DNA of 61,670 nucleotides from Octopus bimaculoides (lineage: Eukaryota), in assembly GCF_001194135.2 (NCBI RefSeq), contig NC_068982.1, forward strand, positions 187,582,947 through 187,644,616, given 5' to 3'. Shown here in pieces: positions 37,055 to 47,458 of this stretch (its first letter is position 1; each line of letters opens with the position of its first letter). The notes beneath the pieces were generated by a model. The model was not told the DNA's origin, ran no database searches, and saw only the letters and a list, made by a program, of their open reading frames with translations. Both the position numbers and the translations under genes were made by a program.

Positions 37055-37534
37055 TTATTTACATTATTTACATTTGACGGATATTTGTCCTCATCTTGTT
37101 TGTTGTTAACACAACGTTTCGACTGAAATATCCTCCAGCCTTCATCAGGTGTCTTGGGGAAATTTCAAACCTGGGAAGCATATGTGCTGCTTCTTTTAAT
37201 TTTTGTATTTTCCAGAAGCAGCACATACGCTAGGACACAACAACCTCCTAAGCAAGCCAAGTGCAGATATGAACAGCATATGAGAACCAGTATTAAGGAA
37301 GGATAGAAAAATATTAGATTTTATAAGCCCTAGAATTCACTCCATAATTGCCCACAGGCATATGGCGTAGTGGTTAAGAGCGCAGGCTACTAACTGCATG
37401 ATTCTGAGTTCGATTCTAGGTAGTGACATGAACAACAGCGGCAATGATAACAACAATAACATGGAAAAATATGTTAGGAATAAGAACCCAGGTTTGAAAT
37501 TTCTCCAAGACACCAGATGAAGGCTGGAAGGTAT
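37055..37534. mobile_element. Family D, diverging inverted pair with ~100-bp spacer
   Basis: The minus arm (37175 to 37055) has an intact hammerhead. The plus arm (37278-37534) carries the upstream extension, tRNA-like head and body, and ends inside hammerhead stem II. Confidence 0.85.
37108..37153 (-). ncRNA. Minimal type-I hammerhead ribozyme, intact core (family D)
   Basis: GACAC-CTGATGA-A-GGCTG(gaggatattt)CAGTC-GAA-ACGT-T-GTGTT: 5-bp stem I, 5-bp stem II with one G-U, palindromic ACGU. Confidence 0.72.
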
Positions 37535-38091
37535 GAATGATTGGTGCAAATATTTTGAACTCTTGGAAGCATCAAAGACAATGTCGAGACAGCAGGTTTT
37601 CAAATCAGAAAATAAATGGAGAGGAAGAAAAAAAAAAAAATCTATTTTTAGCTGTTTGACCCTTCTTTATTATAAATCAATTACCAACAAATTGGAAAAG
37701 TGCNNNNNNNNNNNNNNNNNNNNNNNNNNNNNNNNNNNNNNNNNNNNNNNNNNNNNNNNNNNNNNNNNNNNNNNNNNNNNNNNNNNNNNNNNNNNNNNNN
37801 NNNNNNNNNNNNNNNNNACTTAAAAGAACATGACTAAAAACCTATGATTTGTCAGTACTCTACTGACCGATTCTGCTATTCACCTTTTATCTTTGTTTCA
37901 TTCATTGGGCTGTGGCCATGCTGGGGCACCATATTTTGAAGAGTTTTAGTTCAAAAAGTCAATCGCAGTACTTATTTTTTTAGAGTCTGTTACTTATTTT
38001 ATCGGTAACTTTTGCCAAACTGCTAAGTTACAAGGATGTAAACAAACCAAGACCAACTGTCAAGTGGTGACGGAAGGCACAAATACATATT

Positions 38092-38985
38092 TGCAGGAGT
38101 GGCTGTGTGGTAAGAAGCTTGCTTCCCAACCACATGGTTCCGGGTTCAGTCCCACTGTGTGGCACCTTCGTCAAGTGTCTTCTACTATAGCTATGGGCCA
38201 ACCAATGTCTTGCAGGTGGATTCGGTAGATGGAAACTGAAAGAAGCCCATTATATATACTCTTTTACTTGTTTCAGTCATTTGACTGCAGCCATGCTGGA
38301 GCACTGCCTTTAGTCAAGCAAATCGACCTCAGGTCTTATCCTTTCTAAGCCTAGTATTTATTCTATCGATCTCTTTTGCCGAACCGCTAAGTTACGGGAC
38401 GTAAACACACCAGTTGGTTGTCAAACAATGTTGGGGGGACAAAAACACATACATATATATATACATATACAACGGGCTTCTTTCAATTTCCGTCTACCAA
38501 ATTCACTCACAAGGCTTTGGTCGGCCCAAGGCTATAGTAAAAGACACTTGCTCAAGATGCCACGCAGTGGGAATGAACCCGGAACCATGTGGTTGATAAG
38601 CAATCTACTTACCACACAGCCACTCCTGCACCTATACCTATGTGTGTGCGTGTATTTGTCCCACCATTGCTTGACAACCGGTGTTGGTGTGTTTACATTC
38701 CTATAACTTAGTGGTTTGGCAAAAGATACTAATAGAATAAGTACTAGTCTTACAAAGACTATGTCCTGGGGTCATCAATTTGTTTGACTAAAGGTGGTGC
38801 TCCAGCATGGCACAGGCAAGTAACTAAAACAAGTAAAAGAATTAAAGAATACAACAGACTTCCACAGTTTCCATCTTCACCAAATTCACTCACAAGACAT
38901 TGCCCAAGGTGCTGCACAGTGGGACTGAACCCCAAATCACATGGTTGCAAAGCAAGCTTCTTAACCATACAGCCATACCTGCACC
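38092..38985. mobile_element. Cluster of SINE family A pieces in alternating orientation
   Basis: Head part + (38092-38255), full copy - (38262-38630), 3' part + (38640-38840), head part - (38860-38985). Confidence 0.8.
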
Positions 38986-39094
38986 TATATTGATGATAAA
39001 AAGTGAAGGTGACTTTGCTGGGATTTGAACTCAAAAATTAAAACCACATTTTTTCCACATTCTTCAAACTTACTCTGTGCTTGCAGCGCCCTGG

Positions 39095-39650
39095 TTTCAC
39101 CAGTCCTCAGTCAAATCGTCCAACCCATGCAGCATGGAAAGCGGACGTTAAATGATGATGATGATGATGATAAAAACTGGTGCCAGTGCCGGTGACATGT
39201 AAAAAGCACCATTTGAGCATGGTCAATGCCAGTGTCACCTGTCTGGCTCCCATGCCAGTGGCACATAAAAAGCACTATTCGAGTGTGGTTGATGCCAGTG
39301 CCGCATGTCTGGCTCTGATGCCGATGGCACATAAAAAGCACCATTCAAGTGTGGTTGATGCCAGTGGCGCCTGACTGGCTCCCATGCCAGTAGCATGTAA
39401 AAAGCACCATTCAAGTGTGGTTGATGCCACTTCTGCCCAACTGGCCCCCATGCCAGTGGCACATAAAAAGCACCCATTACACTCTCAGAGTGGTTGGTGT
39501 TAGGAAGGGCATCCAGCTGTAGAAACACTGCCAGAAGAGACTGGAGCCTGGTGCAGCCTCCTGGCTTCCCAGACCCCAGTCAAACCATCCAACCCATGCC
39601 AGCATGGAAAACGGACATTAAACAATGATGATGATGATGATGATGATGAT
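39095..39650 (+). repeat. Family E tail followed directly by a second family E element with about five 66-bp-type units
   Basis: The tail ...catggaaagcggacgttaaa(tga)n ends at about 39170. It is followed by repeated aaaaagcaccatt..gtgtggttgatgccagtg units and a second tail with (GAT)n. Confidence 0.85.
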
Positions 39651-39678
39651 TATTTGATAAGCCATCTGGATTATAGAC

Positions 39679-40005
39679 CAGTGTTTCTCAACCATATATT
39701 TTATTTATAGACCCCTTTGATTACTCTTTTGTTCTGGTGGGACCCCCAACCAAAACCATTTAATGTTTAAAAACTAGTTTTATACATACTTCTCTCAATA
39801 GTCTTATTTTGTTTTTCACATATTAAATGGTGTACGTTGAACAACATAAAACTTTAGAAAAAGAAACCTAGCTGTTTCTTACAATAAACACATCTAAAAC
39901 AACACCTTTCCATGGGTCCTTAAAATACCACTGAGGACCCAATCTGCTATTTTATCTGTGTAGACGACCCCCAGAGATCGTATGGACCCTGGCTGAGAAT
40001 CATTG
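39679..40005. mobile_element. hAT-like MITE
   Basis: Ends cagtgtttctcaacc / ggctgagaatcattg; 8-bp TSD ttatagac / ctataaac. Confidence 0.65.
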
Positions 40006-40449
40006 CTATAAACTAATGGTTTTTCATTTTCTAGTCACTGCTGTCAATTCTATTGTCTTTATAATATTCAGATAATAAAGTTTCTACTCTTTTAAACTGT
40101 ACAAATGGTAGCAATTAATAATATCAGCTCTATTAGTAAACATAACAACAATTATGTTCTCCACAAGAAGACAGAAAGGAAAGAAAATGAAAAATGTTGC
40201 ATCTTTTAAAGCTTCACAACAAGCTAAGAAACAACCATATTGGTTGTGTGATCATAGCAGGAAAATGAGTCTATTTTCATCTTTAACAAAATATGATAAA
40301 GAAATCAATCTTTATGAAAACTTATTGCTAAACTGTTTGTTTTTAATGTGGAATGGCTTAAAGTAATAATTTACAAATACGTTTAATAGGTGTAGCAAAT
40401 ATTGTTAGTACTTGGAAAATGATAGAACATTCTCATGAACTACTTTGGT

Positions 40450-40610
40450 ATCGGTATTATATATGTGTGTGTGTGTGTGTGTATACATATGTATGTATAT
40501 GTACATATATATGTATATACATATATATATATACATATATGTACATATATATACATACATACATGTACATATATATATATACATACACACACACACATAT
40601 ATATATACAT

Positions 40611-40659
<49 letters not shown>

Positions 40660-40710
40660 TATATATATATATACATATATGTATATAGACACACACACAA
40701 GCACACATAT
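40450..40710. repeat. Compound (TG/TA/CA)n microsatellite
   Basis: Low-complexity dinucleotide tract that explains seven overlapping I/Y/H/T-rich ORF-track calls. Confidence 0.95.
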
Positions 40711-41388
40711 ATTAAGATGCATATCTATGTATCTGTCTGTCTATCTATCCATCTACCAGCTTCTTTACTAGAATTCACGTCCATCACAATCTTCAACTGC
40801 TGGATACTGTATTCTAACAAACGACCATTGTTTTATGATGTACAATCTTGGCTTAAGCATAGTTCATCCAGAGAAACCATCTTGCAGAGCGATATATAAT
40901 TGTGAGAAACATTTCTGATTGCAGCTGCATGTAGAATGGTGTTTCAGCAGCTTAATACACACACACACACTACTTTTGATGGGTGTTTGTCTTTTAATCT
41001 TCCCAGCAAGGTTTACGGCCAAGGTGGGGAGGGTGGGGGAAAATGTAAATAAGCATCAGACACACAAACCAACATTGATTAATTTGTATGAATTCTGTAA
41101 ATTATTGATCTTTGATATCGATCTAAGCGACACTTTTATAGAACAAATTTGAAAGTGGTTGCATTAACAAGTGTGAAATAATGATTTCAAAGTTTTGCAT
41201 AAAACTGTGGATTTGTTGAGGAGCTGCAGATTTTAATCTCTCTCTATATTTCAATGGTTGTAATTTCATTGATCCTGGAGGAGTAAAAGACAAAGGCCTA
41301 TGTATGGTAGGATTGAACTCACAAGGTAAATGCATTCAGTCTGTAACTCTGTTATTACTGCCACACAAGATCAGGATTAAGAGCCATA

Positions 41389-41667
41389 GGCAGGGGTGGA
41401 CTGGGTCTAAAAATATTGGTTGCCAGGAGACTAGGGGGGGGGGCACCTGCAACTACAATGCTATCATTTAATTTTTTTTTTTTTGTTATAAGTATTCTTT
41501 TCACCTGTCTACAAACACAGCCAGGCGGAAATAATTAATGCATTCTTCCAGGAGTGAATAGAAATTTCTCAAACATGAGGAGATGGGCCCCTTAGATACT
41601 AACATATGAATTCTAATGGCGCAGGGGACCACTTGCCATCGATCAAGCTGGTCAGTCTGCCACTGCC
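41389..41667. mobile_element. TIR element (Harbinger-like MITE)
   Basis: TIR ggcaggggtggactg / cagtctgccactgcc (15 bp, 2 mismatches), flanked by cata on both sides. Confidence 0.5.
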
Positions 41668-44600
41668 CATAGGAGCCCTAAACACTTAAAAGGCTTTGGT
41701 GCTCCCTTATATATATGTAATTCAAAATATAAACAACAATAAGCCATAAAATAATTCATTATTTTTCAAAATGAAACAAAACTAACAGAAAGATGGAAAA
41801 TAATGTTTATTTTTGTATAATTCCATTTTAATTAATTCAAAACTTTTCTCTTACCTTTTCTAATTGCAAAGTCTTTGATCAGATCCTCAAAATTAATCTT
41901 ATATAACACACCTGCTTCTATACTTAGTAGCAAGTTTAGTGATTTCTTTTGTGCCATAAACCATTTACCATTTCTAGGGTGCTCCTCTTCTCTTGATGCC
42001 GTAAGCATGTACTTACTTTGCTAAATGGTTAACCCAGCATGGACTGATGCTTTTATAAAAATACATTCTTCACCTTTGATGATGATGCCCTGAAATGTGT
42101 GTGTGTGTATTACAGTTTTCTTGCGCTGACATTGCATGTCAGTTTTAAATGAACATCACTGTCATACAAGCAGGTCCTTCATTTCCAGTCTTCTGTGAAA
42201 ACGCGTTCAGCTTTGAGGAAATATTATCAGATATCACCAAATATTACCTTGATTGAAAACAGGTGAAGGTTGGTGACATCCGGCCATAGAAAATCTACCT
42301 CAGTAAATCTCATCCAACCCATATGAACATGGAGAAGTGAATGTAAAAATGATGATGGTGACATTGTAAAGTCCAGCTTGGAAGGATTTGGTCCTTAGAA
42401 AATGTCCCCACTGTTACCACTACTGTAGATACAATGTTGTGGTTAATTAAACATGTTTAAGCAATCATGATAAGTGAAAATAGAGTTAAAAGTACTTATG
42501 CTACAAATTAGCATAAGCACACATAAATTAAGAGTTTAGTTGTCTAAAGTCAGAAAAATAGTCTAAAAGAGTCAGCATGAAACTGTTGGTAACTGGTTGA
42601 TCAATTCTATGCTATAACCAGTAATATACACACATAAACAGTGAAAAGGATCCATAAAAAAGTTTTTCATTTGGTGAATTGTTGTGGAAAATATGAAAAG
42701 GAAAATGCACAGAAATTTTATGTTCAACAAAGTACACACACACACACACGTCTTCTATTCTTGCTCACTTTCCCTCCACTTTTCACTTCACTGTGTCCCT
42801 GTCATTTTTTCTCGCCCCTCCTTAATTCTTTTGTCCCTCTACTTCTCTCCCCACGTGACCGGTGTTCGACCAAGCCTGACTTTCTTTCTTGTCCAGCCGT
42901 TGTGCGTGCAACATCGTTATTCCTTCCTGTGCCTGTGAAATCTTGTATCCCTGCTGTAAGGCCTTATTTCCACACACGCCAACTTAATTTAATTCATCCT
43001 TAGTCAAAAGACATCTGTCATTTTGTCCTGTTATTATTCCTACTGTATTTGTGTAACATTGTTCGTTTTTTCCGTCCTTGTTTTCGTATAGATTCGCTGC
43101 TTTCTTCCAAGGAATCTAATGTTCTTAGCTTAGTTTTTCCTTGGGGCTGGCCAGATTGGAGCAATATCGAGAATAATCAGCCGAAATTGCAAGGATAATC
43201 TGGATCTTGACTGAAGAGAGAAAACTCCGAATGGCACGTCCGTGTTTTCTTTGTATCGTCTATCTGTATGTTTTGTGCCTTTCTTGTATCACCTAACTGT
43301 CTGGATGTTTTGTGTTCTTGACCCATTCTGTATTATTTATATATATATATATATAGCAGCGTACGTACACCTGTCTCTTCTCTCTCTCTCTATATATATA
43401 TATACACACACACACATATATATATATANNNNNNNNNNNNNNNNNNNNNNNNNNNNNNNNNNNNNNNNNNNNNNNNNNNNNNNNNNNNNNNNNNNNNNNN
43501 NNNNNNNNNNNNNNNNNNNNNNNNNNNNNNNNNNNNNNNNNNNNNNNNNNNNNNNNNNNNNNNNNNNNNNNNNNNNNNNNNNNNNNNNNNNNNNNNNNNN
43601 NNNNNNNNNNNNNNNNNNNNNNNNNNNNNNNNNNNNNNNNNNNNNNNNNNNNNNNNNNNNNNNNNNNNNNNNNNNNNNNNNNNNNNNNNNNNNNNNNNNN
43701 NNNNNNNNNNNNNNNNNNNNNNNNNNNNNNNNNNNNNNNNNNNNNNNNNNNNNNNNNNNNNNNNNNNNNNNNNNNNNNNTATACATATATATACATATGA
43801 TATATATATATATACACACATACACATACAAACACAGATCGATAAATATATACATATAAACTTTTATAAGGAAAAAGCAGATAGAAAGAAGTTTTAGCTT
43901 GCTTGTCTTTATTAGACCGATGAAGGACAAAACTTCGAAATCACTATCAACCCATAGGCTTGTAAATGTATTGGTTTATTAAGAGCAGTACTTTATCGTT
44001 CTTTTTTACTGAACCGCTAGATAACGGGAACATAAGCAAACCAACACCGATTGTCGGCGATCTGTCAGTTACGACAAGTATTCCAGTTGATCCGATCAAC
44101 GGAACAGCCTGCTCATAAGTGGCTGAGTACTCCAAAGGCACGCATACCCTTTTCGTAGTTCTCAGGGAGATTCAGTGTGACACAGAATGTGATAAGGATG
44201 GCCCTTTTGAATTACTGGTACAACTCATTTTTGCCAGTTGAGTGGACAGGAGCAACGTGAAATAAAGTGACTTGCTCAACGACACAACGCAGTCCGGTTC
44301 GGGAATCGAACACACGATCTTACATCAGGAGTCGAATAATCATTAAGCCACGCGCCTTCACATGCGCGCAAATATACATACATATATTATATATATATTA
44401 CACACATACACACGGACATATGTACACACACATACACACGGACATATGTACATACACACACATGCATACGTATATATATATACACATGCATCTTTCGTAT
44501 CATCGCTTCCAACGCAACACTCCGCACTGATTAACTGTCACTATTAGCCATATTCAGACAAATATTTCCTTCAAGCTCTCCCTTAATTTAATTATCCGTT

Positions 44601-45463
44601 TATTTATTCTTCATGTTCTTATCTCGTCGTCTTTTCTACACACCTTAAATTTCTAAAACCACGAGAGAGAAGGAGGGAGAGAGAGAGGGAGAAGGAGAGA
44701 AATGGGATTGGGATAAAGTGAGGGAGGAAGCGAGCCTGAAGGAAGACCGCAGCTATCGTTCTCCAGAAACTTAAAGCTTGTCTGCTTTGCTTTCGTTTGG
44801 TCCCCCTCCCCCCGCCGCCGCCGATCCGGTTCCGATGCCTTAAACTGTGAGCCACGCTACCTAAGTTATGTAAAAATAGAATCAACGTGAGGAGGAGTGG
44901 GAGGAAGTAAGAAGAGTGAAAAGACTGCATGAATAAGAAAGGCGGAGGAAGGGAGGAGACAGTATCAACCAAAAAGGTAATGTTGCCAGCTAAAAAGTCA
45001 GGAAAACGAGTGTGAGTGCACACTCTCCTCCCTGGTTGTATGGGGTTAAGTGTGAGTGTCTTCTTTTGTCTTTTATTTGTTTCTTTGTTGTTGTTTGTTA
45101 GTTCCTTCGTCAGACGAGGGAGGGTAGCGCCGAAGTGACTTCCATTGTAGAGTCCCCTGAGGCGGGAAATGGGAGAGGAGCGAGCAATACTCCTGCCAAA
45201 CCCCAGCCATGGTTCGTTGCAACACGAAGCAGAGCGACTCAAGATCGAATTAACATCAATCCGGAGATCTTTTAGGCAACAGATTGGATGGATCCTGCGA
45301 AAGCTACCCAAAGGCGGAAGTGGTGAAGGTTTTAGGCAGGGAGATGGATTAAGCCATCTTCTCTTATTGTGTGTGTGTGTGTATATACGCGAGTCGTCTA
45401 AGAGACAATAAGTCAGGGAAAAGATGCACTCATATGTCTGTCACATACGCAATATAATATAGA

Positions 45464-45496
<33 letters not shown>

Positions 45497-45625
45497 CATA
45501 CACACGCATATGCGTGTGTTACTGTGGATATTTGTATATGTACTCAAACATTGTATAAACAAACCAATGCACAAACATAATCGTATATAGAAAAATATAG
45601 ACTGTATTTACGAATACATGCACAA

Positions 45626-45678
<53 letters not shown>

Positions 45679-46689
45679 ATACAAATGTGAAGGCAAACAT
45701 ATGCTGTGTAAGAAAGATAACTTGATAGATGATTAATTTGTAACGTGTGTGTATGTATGTGTTCTTTGTTCTGTGTATTCCTGTGTTATAAGTGTGTCTG
45801 TGTAGTTAAGAATTTAGTGATGATCAAAGGACTGAATATTTCCTTTCTACTATAAGCACCAGACCTGGCATTTTGGAGAGAGAGAGAGCTAGTCGATCAG
45901 TTAGACTGGTACTTATTTCATCGACCCGGAAAGAATAAAAGGAAAAGTCGGCCTCGGCAGAATTTGAACTCAGAACGCTAGCATCATTTTTCTCTGACGT
46001 ACAAACGATTCTGCCTGCTCGGTGCAGTCAGAGGACTGAATATTCCTGAGAACATCCTGATTAATATTTCTTTCTTTCTTCTACAGGAATAAGGCCCGAC
46101 ATTTTTTTTCTTCTTTGTGGCGCAGGGGTCTAGCCAATTACATCAGCCGCAGTGCCCAACCGGAACTCATTTTATCCACCCCGATAGGATAAAAGGCAAA
46201 GCTGANNNNNNNNNNNNNNNNNNNNNNNNNNNNNNNNNNNNNNNNNNNNNNNNNNNNNNNNNNNNNNNNNNNNNNNNNNNNNNNNNNNNNNNNNNNNNNN
46301 NNNNNNNNNNNNNNNNNNNNNNNNNNNNNNNNNNNNNNNNNNNNNNNNNNNNNNNNNNNNNNNNNNNNNNNNNNNNNNNNNNNNNNNNNNNNNNNNNNNN
46401 NNNNNNNNNNNNNNNNNNNNNNNNNNNNNNNNNNNNNNNNNNNNNNNNNNNNNNNNNNNNNNNNNNNNNNNNNNNNNNNNNNNNNNNNNNNNNNNNNNNN
46501 NNNNNNNNNNNNNNNNNNNNNNNNNNNNNNNNNNNNNNNNNNNNNNNNNNNNNNNNNATATATTTTACAAGAAAATATGTTGAAAATATAGAAATATTAC
46601 TCACTTTGAGAGGAAATTTCCTGTAAAATGTTTTATAAAAATGTATAGGAAAGTCCAAAAGATGAACTCTGCTAAAGGTAAACTGCTTC

Positions 46690-47000
46690 TCGGTGGAGCA
46701 CGCAACCAGAATAAAGGCGCAAACGCTTGCTAAAGACGGCAGCTAAAAAGTGTGTTTAGAACGAACCAATCACAAAGCAGATGTCTTCCCCATTATCGGT
46801 TAATCAACCAATAAAATGCTATCTTAAGTGCGTCGTTTCTTCTTAGCTCTTGCCAAAATTTATTTCTTAACCTACATGAGTTTTTGCGGCCAATTACACG
46901 TGTTTTAGGAGAAAATCGCAAGAAGAGAAGAACAAAAATTAAAGAGAAAGAAAAAAAGGGGATATATGTAAAGAGAGAAGGAAAAAAACAAACAAAACAA
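46690..47000. promoter_or_regulatory. Putative promoter region
   Basis: Repeat-free, relatively CpG-rich stretch with three CCAAT boxes (about 46767, 46808 and 46890), upstream of a candidate first exon. Confidence 0.35.
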
Positions 47001-47382
47001 AACAAAGCGAACGTCAAAGATGGTGAAATTGAATAAAAAAAAATTTTTTAATGGGGAGAAGATTTATGCGATTTTGGAGAAGAATGTCAGAAACGCGTTT
47101 CTTGGTGGAGCCACGCAAAAATAAATCTGTATGACAAATCTTATGTCTGTTTTCATAAATTATTAATGTAATCTTCGTAACTGTTAGTTTTAATAAAAAA
47201 AAATTTTAACCACGAAATGTTCATTTTTATTAAACATGTTTACCACGAAATTAACATATTCTTCATCAGACTTGTCGCCCGTAATTTTGAGCAATGTGGA
47301 CTGGAAGCGATATATAAACAGTTTCTAGTCTAATTGCTGTGCCTATTTTCGATGTTAACAGCTTCTAAAAACCTTTTGTAAG

Positions 47383-47458
47383 ATGGCAGAATCTAATCAG
47401 CATCGTTTCTTTACTCGTTCCGCCCAGCTTTGCGTAGCAGCGCAAACATATCTCTCTC
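47383..47458 (+). CDS. Candidate first coding exon of an unidentified plus-strand gene (MAESNQHRFFTRSAQLCVAAQTYLS)
   Basis: Good start context aagATGG and a consensus donor C|gtaagt in a CpG-rich segment; no family recognised. Confidence 0.3.

Noticed and set aside
37214-37235. Resemblance to the U6 snRNA 5' end (gcagcacata)
   Set aside because: Only about 10 matching bases; the rest of U6 is absent.
40405-40899. Overlapping I/Y/H/T/V/C-rich ORFs (also near 20315-20622, 21336-21686, 34775-35735 and 59366-59924)
   Set aside because: Translations of (TA)n/(CA)n/(TG)n microsatellites.
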